From contig OZ024765.1 in assembly GCA_964016885.1 (NCBI GenBank), positions 17,980,001-18,044,000 on the forward strand: a stretch of DNA of 64,000 nucleotides, given 5' to 3'. The notes under the pieces are model-generated. The model searched no databases. It had not been told where the DNA came from and was given only the letters and a program-made list of their open reading frames with translations. How positions within the stretch are numbered: the first letter of the stretch is position 1; each line of letters opens with the position of its first letter. Both the position numbers and the translations under genes were made by a program. Source of the DNA: Eledone cirrhosa (Eukaryota). Positions 1-14,104 of this stretch are shown here, piece by piece.

Positions 1-1305
1 ACCATCCCCAGACCACCATCCAACCATCCCCATACCGCCACCATCCAGCCATCCCAACCACCATACCATCCAATGTCCATACCATCTCCTGTTCACCATC
101 CAACCACCACCAAACGACCATCAGACAACTATCAAACCATGCCCAAAACACCATCATCCAGACATCCTAGTCACCATACCATCCGATGTCCAGCTACCAT
201 CCCCAAACCACCATCAAACCACCACCATCCAGCCATCCTAGCCACCATACCATCCATGTCCAGTTACCATCCCCAAACCACCACCATCCAGCCATCCTAG
301 CCACCATACCATCCATGTCCAGTTACCATCCCCAAACCACCACCGTCCAGCCATCTTAGCCACCATTCAATCTAATGTCCAGTTACCATCCCCAAACCAC
401 CACCATCCAGCCATCCTAGCCACCATACAATCTAATGTCCAGTTACCATCTCCAAACCACCACCATCCAGCCATCCTAGCCACCATACCATCCATGTCCA
501 GTTACCATCCCCAAACCACCACCGTCCAGCCATCTTAGCCACCATTCAATCTAATGTCCAGTTACCATCCCCAAACCACCACCATCCAGCCATCCTAGCC
601 ACCATACAATCTAATGTCCAGTTACCATCTCCAAACCACCACCATCCAGCCATCCTAGCCACCATACCATCCATGTCCAGTTACCATCCCCAAACCACCA
701 CCGTCCAGCCATCTTAGCCACCATTCAATCTAATGTCCAGTTACCATCCCCAAACCACCACCATCCAGCCATCCTAGCCACCATACAATCTAATGTCCAG
801 TTACCATCTCCAAACCACCACCATCCAGCCATCCTAGCCACCATACCATCCATGTCCAGTTACCATCCCCAAACTACCACCATCCAGCCATCCTATCCAC
901 CATACAATCTAATGTCCAGTTACCATCCCCAAACCACCACCATCCAGCCATCCTAGCCACCATACCATCCATGTCCAGTTACCATCCCCAAACCACCACC
1001 GTCCAGCCATCCTAGCCACCATACCATCCATGTCCAGTTACCATCCCCAAACTACCACCATCCAGCCATTCTAACCACCATACAACCCAATGTCCAGTTA
1101 CCATCCCCAAACCACCATCAAACCGTCCCAAACCACCACTATCCAGCCATCCCAGCAACCATACCATCCGATGTCCAGCTATCATCCCCAAAACACCATC
1201 AAACCATCCCCAAACCACCACCATCCAGCCATCCTAGCCACCATACAATCCAATGTCCAGCTACCATCCCCAAACAACCATCAAACCACTACTATCCAGC
1301 CATTC
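1..1305. repeat. CCA-rich degenerate minisatellite, about 59-60 bp unit
   Basis: Repeats of atgtccagttaccatccccaaaccaccaccatccagccatcctagccaccata. Related sequence resumes at 6845. Confidence 0.9.
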
Positions 1306-1339
1306 CACCTAAAAAAAAGAGCTAGTCAGTCTCAGTTTT

Positions 1340-1655
1340 AGCTTCTCCCATACCATGGGCCTTTTGGTCAATGGGTTTTCTCCAATTTGCATGATCAGAT
1401 GCGTCATCTTGTGTAGGTTCTCAGCCGAGTCCTCTGTGTGCCAGTTTTTCATGGGCCTCTTTTTTCTGCTTACCACTGATAGGATCAATCTCATTGTCAC
1501 AAGGGTTCCGGTACTCAGACATGCGTGGAATGTCTCCAGCCAGTTCCGGGCACCTTTCAGCGAATGTGTCAGTCAGCATCCTCTATTTCCTTCTCTTCAG
1601 CACCTTTACATTAGTAATCCGGTCTCGATTGCTAGGTATCCAGGCCTGGATTAAT
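1340..1655 (-). mobile_element. Degenerate RTE-clade LINE ORF C-terminal fragment
   Basis: Minus frame reads RDRITNVKVLKRRK*RMLTDTFAERCPELAGDIPRMSEYRNP...GKQKKRGP*, resembling the RTE pattern RDRITNEEVL...RLAGHILRM...GKRKRGRP, with stops. Confidence 0.6.
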
Positions 1656-1734
1656 GATTAAAGAAAATATGCAGGTATTTAGGGCATCAGGGAGAGACAG
1701 ATATAGACTTAGACAAGGACTTTGAAGTTCACGC

Positions 1735-4700
1735 GTCTTGAGACACATGAGGCAGCTAAATTGCTCCACTTACCAAGGTTAGTTACAACTATCAATACAT
1801 CCCATGTCTTGAGACACACGAGGCAGCTAAATTGCTCCACTTACCAAGGTTAGTTACAACTATCAATACATCCCATGTCTTGAGACACACGAGGCAGCTA
1901 AAGTGCTCCACTGACCAAGGTTAGTTACAACTATCAATACATCCCATGTCTTGAGGCACACGAGGCAGCTAAAGTGCTCCACTGACCAAGGTTAGTTACA
2001 ACTATCAATACATCAAATGTCTTGAGAGACACGAGGCAGCTAAAGTGCTCCACTGACCAAGGTTAGTTACAACTATCAATACATCAAATGTCTTGAGAGA
2101 CACGAGGCAGCTAAAGTGCTCCACTGACCAAGGTTAGTTACAACTATCAATACATCAAATGTCTTGAGAGACACGAGGCAGCTAAAGTGCTCCACTGACC
2201 AAGGTTAGTTACAACTATCAACACATCCCATGTCTTGAGACACACGAGGCAGCTAAAGTGCTCCACTGACCAAGGTTAGTTACAACTATCAATACATCCC
2301 ATGTCTTGAGACACACGAGGCAGCTAAAGTGCTCCACTGACCAAGGTTAGTTACAACTATCAATACATCCCATGTCTTGAGACACACGAGGCAGCTAAAG
2401 TGCTCCACTGACCAAGGTTAGTTACAACTATCAATACATCCCATGTCTTGAGACACACGAGGCAGCTAAAGTGCTCCACTGACCAAGGTTAGTTACAACT
2501 ATCAATACATCCCATGTCTTGAGACACACGAGGCAGCTAAAGTGCTCCACTGACCAAGGTTAGTTACAACTATCAATACATCCCATGTCTTGAGACACAA
2601 GAGGTAGCTAAAGTGCTCCACTGACCAAGGTTAGTTACAACTATCAATACATCCCATGTCTTGAGACACACGAGGCAGCTAAAGTGCTCCACTGACCAAG
2701 GTTAGTTACAACTATCAATACACCCCATGTCTTGAGACACAAGAAGTAGCTAAAGTGCTCCACTGACCAAGGTTAGTTACAACTATCAATACATCCCATG
2801 TCTTGAGACACACGAGGCAGCTAAAGTGCTCCACTGACCAATGTTAGTTACAACTATCAATACACCCCATGTCTTGAGACACAAGAGGTAGCTAAAGTGC
2901 TCCACTGACCAAGGTTAGTTACAACTATCAATACATCCCATGTCTTGAGACACACGAGGCAGCTAAAGTGCTCCACTGACCAAGGTTAGTTACAACTATC
3001 AATACATCCCATGTCTTGAGACACATGAGGCAGCCAAAGTGCTCCACTGACCAAGGTTAGTTACAACTATCAATACATCCCATGTCTTGAGACACACGAG
3101 GCAGCTAAAGTGCTCCACTGACCAAGGTTAGGTAAATCTATCAATACATCCCTTGTCTTGAGACACACGAGGCAGCTAAAGTGCTCCACTGACCAAGGTT
3201 AGTTACATCTATCAATACATCCCTTGTCTTGAGACACACGAGGCAGCTAAAGTGCTCCACTGACCAAGGTTAGTTACATCTATCAATACATCCCATGTCT
3301 TGAGACACACGAGGCAGCTAAAGTGCTCCACTGACCAAGGTTAGGTAAATCTATCAATACATCCCATGTCTTGAGACACACGAGGCAGCTAAAGTGCTCC
3401 ACTGACCAAGGTTAGGTAAATCTATCAATACATCCCATGTCTTGAGACACACGAGGCAGCTAAAGTGCTCCACTGACCAAGGTTAGGTAAATCTATCAAT
3501 ACATCCCATGTCTTGAGACACACGAGGCAGCTAAAGTGCTCCACTGACCAAGGTTAGGTAAATCTATCAATACATCCCATGTCTTGAGACACACGAGGCA
3601 GCTAAAGTGCTCCACTGACCAAGGTTAGGTAAATCTATCAATACATCCCATGTCTTGAGACACACGAGGCAGCTAAAGTGCTCCACTGACCAAGGTTAGG
3701 TAAATCTATCAATACATCCCATGTCTTGAGACACACGAGGCAGCTAAAGTGCTCCACTGACCAAGGTTAGGTAAATCTATCAATACATCCCATGTCTTGA
3801 GACACACGAGGCAGCTAAAGTGCTCCACTGACCAAGGTTAGGTAAATCTATCAATACATCCCATGTCTTGAGACACACGAGGCAGCTAAAGTGCTCCACT
3901 GACCAAGGTTAGTTACATCTATCAATACATCCCTTGTCTTGAGACACACGAGGCAGCTAAAGTGCTCCACTGACCAAGGTTAGTTACATCTATCAATACA
4001 TCCCATGTCTTGAGACACACGAGGCAGCTAAAGTGCTCCACTGACCAAGGTTAGTTACAACTATCAATACATCCCATGTCTTGAGACACACGAGGCAGCT
4101 AAAGTGCTCCACTGACCAAGGTTAGTTACAACTATCAATACATCCCATGTCTTGAGACACACGAGGCAGCTAAAGTGCTCCACTGACCAAGGTTAGTTAC
4201 AACTATCAACACATCCCATGTCTTGAGACACACGAGGCAGCTAAAGTGCTCCACTGACCAAGGTTAGTTACGACTATCAATACACCCCATGTCTTGAGAC
4301 ACATGAGGCAGCTAAAGTGCTCCACTGACCAAGGTTAGTTACAACTATCAATACATCCCATGTCTTGAGACACACGAGGCAGCTAAAGTGCTCCACTGAC
4401 CACAGTCAGTCACATCTATCAATACATCCCATGTCTTGAGACACATGAGGCAGCTAAAGTGCTCCACTGACCACAGTCAGTCACATCTATCAATACATAC
4501 CATGTCTTGAGACACATGAGGCAGCCAAAGTGCTCCACTGACCAAGGTTAGTTACATCTATCAATACATCCCATGTCTTGTGACACACGAGGCAGCTAAA
4601 GTGCTCCACTGACCAAGGTTAGTTACATCTATCAATACATCCCATGTCTTGAGACACACGAGGCAGCCAAAGTGCTCCACTGACCAAGGTTAGTTACATC

Positions 4701-6816
4701 TATCAATACATACCATGTCTTGAGACACACGAGGCAGCTAAAGTGCTCCACTGACCAAGGTTAGTTACAACTATCAATACATCCCATGTCTTGAGACACA
4801 CGAGGCAGCTAAAGTGCTCCACTGACCAAGGTTAGTTACAACTATCAATACATCCCATGTCTTGAGACACACGAGGCAGCTAAAGTGCTCCACTGACCAA
4901 TGTTAGTTACAACTATCAATACATCCCATGTCTTGAGACACACGAGGCAGCTAAAGTGCTCCACTGACCAAGGTTAGCTACATCTATCAATACATACCAT
5001 GTCTTGAGACACACGAGGCAGCTAAAGTGCTCCACTGACCAAGGTTAGTTACAACTATCAATACATCCCATGTCTTGAGACACACGAGGCAGCTAAAGTG
5101 CTCCACTGACCAATGTTAGTTACAACTATCAATACATCCCATGTCTTGAGACACACGAGGCAGCTAAAGTGCTCCACTGACCAAGGTTAGCTACATCTAT
5201 CAATACATACCATGTCTTGAGACACACGAGGCAGCTAAAGTGCTCCACTGACCAAGGTTAGCTACATCTATCAATACATCCCTTGTCTTGAGACACACGA
5301 GGCAGCTAAAGTGGTCCACTGACCAAGGTTAGTTACAACTATCAATACATCCCTTGTCTTGAGACACACGAGGCAGCTAAAGTGCTCCACTGACCAAGGT
5401 TAGTTACAACTATCAATACATCCCTTGTCTTGAGACACACGAGGCAGCTAAAGTGCTCCACTGACCAAGGTTAGTTACAACTATCAATACATCCCTTGTC
5501 TTGAGACACACGAGGCAGCTAAAGTGCTCCACTGACCAAGGTTAGTTACAACTATCAATACATCCCTTGTCTTGAGACACACGAGGCAGCTAAAGTGCTC
5601 CACTGACCAAGGTTAGTTACAACTATCAATACATCCCTTGTCTTGAGACACACGAGGCAGCTAAAGTGCTCCACTGACCAAGGTTAGTTACAACTATCAA
5701 TACATCCCTTGTCTTGAGACACACGAGGCAGCTAAAGTGCTCCACTGACCAAGGTTAGTTACAACTATCAATACATCCCTTGTCTTGAGACACACGAGGC
5801 AGCTAAAGTGCTCCACTGACCAAGGTTAGTTACAACTATCAATACATCCCTTGTCTTGAGATACACGAGGCAGCTAAAGTGCTCCACTGACCAAGGTTAG
5901 TTACAACTATCAATACATCCCTTGTCTTGAGACACACGAGGCAGCTAAAGTGCTCCACTTACCAAGGTTAGTTACATCTATCAATACATCCCATGTCTTG
6001 AGACACACGAGGCAGCTAAAGTGCTCCACTGACCAAGGTTAGTTACAACTATCAATACATCCCTTGTCTTGAGACACACGAGGCAGCTAAAGTGCTCCAC
6101 TTACCAAGGTTAGTTACGACTATCAATACATCCGATGTATTGAGACACACGAGGCAGCTAAAGTGCTCCACTGACCAAGGTTAGTTACGACTATCAATAC
6201 ATCCCATGTCTTGAGACACATGAGGCAGCTAAAGTGCTCCACTGACCAAGGTTAGTTACGACTATCAATACATCCCATGTCTTGAGACACACGAGGCAGC
6301 TAAAGTGCTCCACTGACCAAGGTTAGTTACAACTATCAATACATCCCATGTCTTGAGACACACGAGGCAGCTAAAGTGCTCCACTGACCAAGGTTAGTTA
6401 CAACTATCAATACATCCCATGTCTTGAGACACACGAGGCAGCTAAAGTGCTCCACTGACCAAGGTTAGTTACGACTATCAATACATCCCATGTCTTGAGA
6501 CACACGAGGCAGCTAAAGTGCTCCACTGACCAAGGTTAGTTACATCTATCAATACATCCCATGTCTTGAGACACACGAGGCAGCTAAAGTGCTCCACTGA
6601 CCAAGGTTAGTTACATCTATCAATACATCCCATGTCTTGAGACACACGAGGCAGCTAAAGTGCTCCACTGACCAAGGTTAGTTACGACTATCAATACATC
6701 CCATGTCTTGAGACACACGAGGCAGCTAAAGTGCTCCACTGACCAAGGTTAGTTACAACTATCAATACATCCCATGTCTTGAGACACACGAGGCAGCCAA
6801 CGTGTACCACTGACCA
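1735..6816. repeat. 71-bp tandem satellite, about 71 copies
   Basis: Unit gtcttgagacacacgaggcagctaaagtgctccactgaccaaggttagttacaactatcaatacatcccat; starts at 1735, 1806, 1877 and so on. Confidence 0.97.
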
Positions 6817-6844
6817 CCACGGTCAGAATTAACAGGTAAATGTT

Positions 6845-8060
6845 TTCTCCCCAAACCACCATCAAACCACCACCAAGCTACCATCAAACCATCCCGAAAC
6901 CACCACCATCCAACCATTCCCAGCCACCATACCATCCAATGTCCTGCTACCATCTCCAATCTACCATCAAACCACCATCAAACCACCACCAATCTACCAT
7001 CAAACTACCATCAAACCACCACCAAGCTACCATCAAACAACCATGACACCATCCCCAAACCACCACCATCCAACCATTCCCAGCCACCATACCATCCAAT
7101 GTCCTGCTACCATCTCCAATCTACCATCAAACCACCATCAAACCACCACCAATCTACCATCAAACTACCATCAAACCACCATCAATCTACCATCAAACTA
7201 CCATCAAACCACCACCAAGCTACCATCAAACTACCATCAAACCACCACCAAGCTACCATCAAACATCCATGACACCATCCCCAAACCACCACCATCCAAC
7301 CATTTCTAGCCACCATACCATCCAATGTCCTGCTACCATCTCCAATCTACCATCAAACTACCATCAAACCACCACCAAGCTACCATCAAACTACCATCAA
7401 ACCACCACCAAGCTACCATCAAACTACCATCAAACCACCACCAAGCTACCATCAAACTACCATCAAACCACCACCAAGCTGCCATCAAACTACCATCAAA
7501 CTACCACCAAGCTACCATCAAACAACCATGAAACCATCCACAAACCACCACCATCCAACCATTCCCTGCCACCAGCTACCATCAAACTACCATCAAACCA
7601 CCACCAAGCTACCATCAAACAACCATGAAACCATCCCCAAACCACCACCATCCAAACATTCCCAGCCACCATACCATCCAATGTCCAGCTACCATCTCCA
7701 ATCTACCATCAAACTACCATCAAACCACCATCAAGCTACCATCAAACTATCATCAAACCACCACCAAGCTACCATCAAACTACCATAAAACCACCACCAA
7801 GCTACCATCAAACTACCATCAAACCACCACCAAGCTACCATCAAACTACCATCAAACCACCACCAAGCTACCATCAAACTACCATAAAACCACCACCAAG
7901 CTACCATCAAACTACCATCAAACCACCACCAAGCTACCATCAAACTACCATCAAACCACCACCAAGCTACCACCAATCTACCACCACCATCCAACCATTC
8001 CCAGCCACCACCATCCAACCATTCCCAGCCACCATACCATCCAATGTCCTGCTACCATCT
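6845..8060. repeat. CCA/CATCAAA-rich degenerate minisatellite
   Basis: Repeats of accatcaaactaccatcaaaccaccaccaagct (33 bp) mixed with the 1-1305 type unit. Confidence 0.9.
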
Positions 8061-8147
8061 TCTGCTCATCATCCAAATTCAATGTATTTTCTGCTCCATA
8101 ACAAAAACGTAATCTCGGATGATCTTCCAATGATGGGTAACATGTTT

Positions 8148-8255
<108 letters not shown>

Positions 8256-8365
8256 GCATATATATATATATATACATATATATATTTAGTGAGAGATAAG
8301 TGGGTGTCAATGTCCAGAATTGGCCTCACCGCTGGAATAAATAATTCTATGATGGTGTGTATATA

Positions 8366-8428
<63 letters not shown>

Positions 8429-8450
8429 CATACATGTATATATATATATA

Positions 8451-8524
<74 letters not shown>

Positions 8525-8830
8525 CACATATATATATAACAAATAGAAGCATACATCATAGATGTATGTATATATATATACACACACAAACATACACACA
8601 CACATTCACACACACAGAGGCATATATGTATATATATATATGTATATATACACACACAATTTCTGTACAGTCCAGTATATTGTATTTTCTACCTAATCAA
8701 GGTAGGATTTATATCCACTTCAGAAGTTGATGCGTTGATTTGTGGATATCTCATCGAAGCAAATTGAAATCGGTTTTTGTGCAACGATGATTTATACTGT
8801 GTATGTGTGTGTGTGTATATATATATATAT

Positions 8831-9441
8831 GGTGGCTGCCAACTCGTTTTCGAGTACGGCCACTACTTTATATCCATGTAGGAGAACCCCTACCAATGCG
8901 CTGAACGAGTGTGACTTTTTAGTCCAGCCAGCCACTTGAAAACTCTGGTACAAACGCTACACTTGTGACAAATATTGACACATAGTGCTGGGCCCATGGT
9001 ACCATGTGACGGCAAGTGCAGAGAGATCTCCAGATATAAAGCAATGCCTGTGCCGTGAAGCTTTTATAGTGAGCAAAGGCACTGCACAAAGCCAGTCCCA
9101 CTCTCTTAACCAAGATGATATTTACCAAAAAGAAGAACAAGTCAACATCATTCGATACCATCAGGGTTGCAGGTGTTATATCAGAGTTTTCCTTCTCCTA
9201 GAATTCTGCCTTGACAAAGGCTAAGGGGTCATCTCTCCCGATGATTTTGGATGGCCATTGACTCTTAAGAGCTCCTTTGCCCTTTGACAGGTTTTGTTTT
9301 TAGTCCTGCAGGATGTCCAAAGTCACCCTCCTCACCAAGAAACCTTGGTGGGGTTGCCAGTTTAGTCGCCAACGACCCGACCATGAAACAGGTTGTACTG
9401 GGATACATGTTACCAGTAGCCCCAACTGGTGACCTGACATA
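8831..9441 (-). mobile_element. Short bipartite non-autonomous RTE derivative, copy 1
   Basis: Near-identical to 41513-42122. The 3' part encodes CSVCTRVFKWLAGLKSHTRSAHW*, a C2H2 finger like RTE ORF C-termini. (TA)n on both sides. Confidence 0.7.
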
Positions 9442-9452
9442 TATATGTACAT

Positions 9453-9525
<73 letters not shown>

Positions 9526-9589
9526 TATATACACATACATTCACACATAAATATATATACATACATAGAAATATATATATATATATATA

Positions 9590-9780
9590 CGTCGTTGAGT
9601 ATTCAGCTCCATAGAGTCACATATATAATGTTATACAATGAAAGAATAAGACAAATTGAAGTTATTCTATATACTGTCTTACGATCGTTTCAGAATGCAG
9701 TAATGCTAAATTATCGATAAGCAGAGCAGACCAATCGACCGGTGGCCGTTATATCTTATTCATTCATTGTTTGGGGTTAT
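9590..9780 (-). mobile_element. Penelope-like terminal fragment with the 3' half of a hammerhead
   Basis: Minus strand GAAAC-GATC-GTA-agacag at about 9674-9691, with no CUGANGA. Short inverted bit acaatgaaagaataaga / tcttattcattcattgt. Confidence 0.5.
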
Positions 9781-9789
9781 ATATATATA

Positions 9790-9988
9790 TAATAGGAAAA
9801 TAGTCAGGACCCCGATGGCTGAGCTCCGGCCGTTTCGACAACTAGAAACGAACGGAGATAGCTGTCGAAACGGCCGGAGCTCAGCGGTTGGGGTCCTAAC
9901 TATTTTCCTATTACCAACTCTACTACCCAAAGTATCAAGTACTCTGATGTTTTATGGTCCACCTGGTTCCTTAGCACACTTCCTTTAT
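9790..9988 (+). mobile_element. Fold-back element, family A (Penelope-like pLTR remnant)
   Basis: Inverted arms 9790-9844 / 9859-9913 plus a unique tail. Homologous to 15041-15247 in opposite orientation. Arms carry cGAAAC-GGCC-GGA. Confidence 0.7.
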
Positions 9989-10142
9989 TATATATGTATA
10001 TATATGTAAATAAATATATACACAAGTACAATAACAACAAACACATATAAACACACACTAGTAAACAAAGATGGAATACAAAAACCAAAACACATACACT
10101 CAAACGCGAACACACACACCAATAGAAATATTCAAAATTAAA

Positions 10143-10540
10143 ATCAAATGTTGGATTAAGTTTTACTCCATCTTTCTTGCTCAAAATTTGGCTGGAGAAT
10201 GAGTTCTTGTTAATAGAGAGAGGTGGTAATGAAGATAGCGGCAGTTGTCTTTCTTCACAGAAGAACAGAACAAAGTTGTTTTTTGGAAACATCCTGTAAA
10301 TATGTGTGTGTATATCTGATTAACAAGAACTCATTCTCCAGCCAAATTTTGAGCAAGAAAGATGGAAAAAAACTTACTCTAACATTTGATTATTAATACT
10401 TTTTAATTCTTTTTAATTTTTTATTTCAATACTCAACATTTGATAAGATGAATTTTAATAATACATCGAACCGGTTATGTTTTATATACTTTATATACAT
10501 TATAAAACTTTTTTTTTAAAAGAATTGTTATGTTACTCTC
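10143..10540 (+). mobile_element. Fold-back element, family C
   Basis: Inverted arms about 10143-10214 / 10319-10391. The tail is homologous to the reverse complement of 16030-16240. Confidence 0.7.
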
Positions 10541-10544
10541 ATGT

Positions 10545-11207
10545 AGCCTGCAGCGGCTGTCATGTCTGGTGGAGTGTCTTTTGGTTAGCTGTCCGCGTAG
10601 AGAAGGTCCTGATTGGGCTAGTTGGATATCTAGTCCCTCTCGTTTGATAGCTCTGCGGATGGCTCTTGTTTCGTCACTGAAGAAGCACTGATTATAGACA
10701 AAATACACCCACCAATCAATAACAGGATAGAACTCAACACCCAATTTTTAACATGATAGAGCATCTAGCCCCCGCATTTACATATAAACAGATCTTCTCA
10801 AACTCACACACACGCACACGCACACACACGCATGCTTACACCTTCACGTATTCTCCCACTTAGACATACATGTCCAAAGCCCTGTTTCTAAAGGGAGACA
10901 ACTCTTTCTCCACCTAACCTTCACTCTTTGACATTAGAAATAAAATGGAACTTCTATACCATTTCCTGTCAGCATGGCTTGGCAAGCTAATTAGAACACT
11001 GGATTAACCCCTTTACTTCCCTCCGAAGAAGAGATATTATCTTGAAAATTAAGGATATTCAAATAAATTTAAGGTAAAAGACTAATTGTCAGCAATATCT
11101 TTTGCATATGTATTTATATTCTATATCCATACCTGCATTGTTTTGGCCTTCTAACTCCAAACGTTTATACCTCATTACGCAATGCTTCAAGTAAACTACA
11201 ATATCCT

Positions 11208-11210
<3 letters not shown>
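10545..11210 (+). mobile_element. Truncated, 5'-inverted Penelope-like element: GIY-YIG C-terminus plus 3' region
   Basis: Plus 10679-10756 reads EEALIIDKIHPPINNRIELNTQFLT* (EAL.I....P.IN motif ending PLE GIY-YIG domains). Minus 10545-10680 reads RAIRRAIKREGLDIQLAQSGPSLRGQL, resembling the PLE RT-endonuclease linker. Decayed core ccgaaga...gaaa at about 11023-11048. Confidence 0.7.
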
Positions 11211-11237
<27 letters not shown>

Positions 11238-11242
<5 letters not shown>

Positions 11243-11636
11243 GTTTCTACTTTAGGCACAAGGCCAGCAATTACCCAGTACATTACTGGTACTTTATTTT
11301 ATCGACCCCGTAAGGATGAAAGGCAAAATTAACCTCGGCGGGATTTGAACTCAGACTGTAAAGGGACGTAACTATGCTAGAAAGCATGGCGTCCAACACT
11401 CTACCGATACTGTCAAATCACCGCCCTTATATATACATATATATAATTGTTTCTACGTTAGGCACAAGGCCAGCAAATTACCCAGTGCATTACTGGTACT
11501 TTATTTTATCGACCCCGTAAGGATGAAAGGCAAAGTCAACTTCGGCGGGATTTGAACTCAGATCGTAAAGGGACGTAACTATGCTAGAAAGCATGGCGTC
11601 CAACACTCTACCGATACTGTCAAATCACCGCCCTTC
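11238..11636 (-). mobile_element. Two tandem tRNA-derived SINEs (main family)
   Basis: Reverse complement of aagggcggtga.ttg.cagtatcggtagag...gagttcaaatccc (B box)...gcctttcatccttacggggtcgataaaataaagtaccag...ggccttgtgcctaaagtagaaac. Confidence 0.9.
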
Positions 11637-12186
11637 TATATATATATATATATAATGTCTGTGTGTATGTATCTACGTTTATGTTGTGATTAGACTTGGA
11701 AAGGGGATGAGCTCGACCAGGTTTAGAAATGCCCAAGTAATCTATGTTACTACATAGATTACCAGGATATAAGAGAACATGGCTATTCTAATCATGTTCA
11801 CGGTTTAGTAACAAAATTATGTTAGGAGGGGATGTTCGGAGATGGAGAGGTGTAATGAAATTCAATAGAAGTCGGCAGAATATAAAAAAGGGGGTCAAGA
11901 GAAAAACGAAAAAATATACCACCACCCTACCCCCCACCCCCCAAACAAAAAAAAAAGATACAAAACAGAAGCCCTTATCATAGGTTTGTGTAAGAATGGA
12001 ACCTTGTTTAAAAAATGAAATAAAACGAAATAAAACGGTATAAAATGGAAAAATAACACAAATAACATGAAAAAAAACAGAGAATGTCAGAAATAAATCC
12101 TGAAAAATAAGTGTCAAATATTTGGGTAATGTAAACGAACATGTCAATCATTTTGTATGTGAAGGTAGCAAGATGGCGCTGAAGCA

Positions 12187-12248
<62 letters not shown>

Positions 12249-12377
12249 ATGTGTGTATACATACATTAATATATATATATATTTATATATATGTAAATAT
12301 GTATATCTATATACTTATATATATGCATATATATATGCACATATATATATATATATATATATGTATACATATATGTA

Positions 12378-12419
<42 letters not shown>

Positions 12420-12428
12420 CATATGTAT

Positions 12429-12490
<62 letters not shown>

Positions 12491-12550
12491 GTAAATATAT
12501 ATATGTACGTATATGTGTATAAATATATATGTATATATCTATACATGTAA

Positions 12551-12594
<44 letters not shown>

Positions 12595-12662
12595 GTATAT
12601 ATGTAAATATATATATGTACGTATATGTGTATAAATATATATGTATATATCTATACATATAA

Positions 12663-12709
<47 letters not shown>

Positions 12710-12800
12710 TATATACATATACATATGTATATATGTAAATATATATATGTATATGTATGTATATGTGTTTAAATATATATGTATATATGTATACATGTAA

Positions 12801-12856
<56 letters not shown>

Positions 12857-13120
12857 ATATATGTATCATCATCTTCGTTTAACGTCCATGTGTGTGTGTG
12901 TGTGTGTGCGTGTGTGTGGGTGTATACACACACACACACACACACGTCCACAACGGAGACATGACAAGACTGCTGGCGGTAAAATAAAATAGAAACAAAC
13001 TTAAGTAAATAAAAAAAATAAATATAAAATATAATAAAATAAATAAAATAAAAAAATTAAAATAAAAAAAAGGGTTTGATGGATTTTTAGATATTCAATG
13101 TAGATTAGAAGAAAAGGGTT

Positions 13121-13128
13121 ACTACATA

Positions 13129-13165
<37 letters not shown>

Positions 13166-13460
13166 GAGTAGTATTGGTTGTAGTAGTGGTGGTGGTAGTA
13201 GTAGTAGAAGTAGTAGCAGAAGTAGTAGTAGTAGTGGTGGTAGTAGTAGTAGTGGTGGTATAGGTGGTGGTAGCAGCAGCAGTATAAGTAGTAGTGGTGG
13301 TAGTAGTGGTGGTGGTAGTAGTGGTAGTAGTAGTAGTCGCAGTAGTAGTAGTAGCAGCAGTAGTAGCAGTAGTGGTGGTAGTAGTGGTAGTAGTAGTAGA
13401 AGTAGTAGCAGCAGTAGTAGCAGTAGTGGTGGTATAGGTGGTGGTAGCAGCAGCAGTATA

Positions 13461-13493
<33 letters not shown>

Positions 13494-13795
13494 CGCAGTA
13501 GCAGTAGAAGTAGTAGCAGCAGTAGTAGCAGTAGTGGTGGTAGTAGTAGTAGTGGTGATATAGGTGGTGGTAGCAGCAGCAGTATAAGTAGTAGTGGTGG
13601 TAGTAGTAGCAGTAGTAGTAGTTGTAGTAGTAGTATTAGTGGTGGTAGTAGTGGTAGTAGTAGTAGTCGCAGCAGCAGTAGTAGCAGTAGTGGTGGTATA
13701 GGTGGTGGTAGCAGCAACAGTATAAGTAGTAGTGGTGGTAGTAGTAGCAGTAGTAGCAGTAGTAGTTGTAGTAGTAGTAGTAGTAGCAGTGGTAG
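13121..13795. repeat. Compound (TAG/CAG/TGG)n trinucleotide repeat
   Basis: Directly visible; produces the spurious poly-T and poly-L ORFs. Confidence 0.95.
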
Positions 13796-14046
13796 TCAGC
13801 GTGGGAGCCACAAAAGATCAGAGGTGGTTAATAAAAATCCCTATAGTGGAGCTAGAAATAGTAAAGTGTTGGTGGGGGTGGGTGAGGTGGTTAGTGTGGG
13901 ACGGGGGAGGGATGAGCGTGGAGATGGGTTGACGTGCATTAGAGAGGGGTAAGCTTGAGGGGACGGGGGTGGCATGTGGGGCGGTGGAAGAATTTCTGTG
14001 TACACTGACAATTTGAATCCAGACACACATTTAATAGATATAATCA

Positions 14047-14047
<1 letters not shown>

Positions 14048-14104
<57 letters not shown>

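Noticed and set aside
1735-6816. CRISPR-like array (also considered for the 104-, 107-, 79- and 116-bp arrays)
   Set aside because: Units are contiguous with no unique spacers, there are no cas genes, and the context is eukaryotic.
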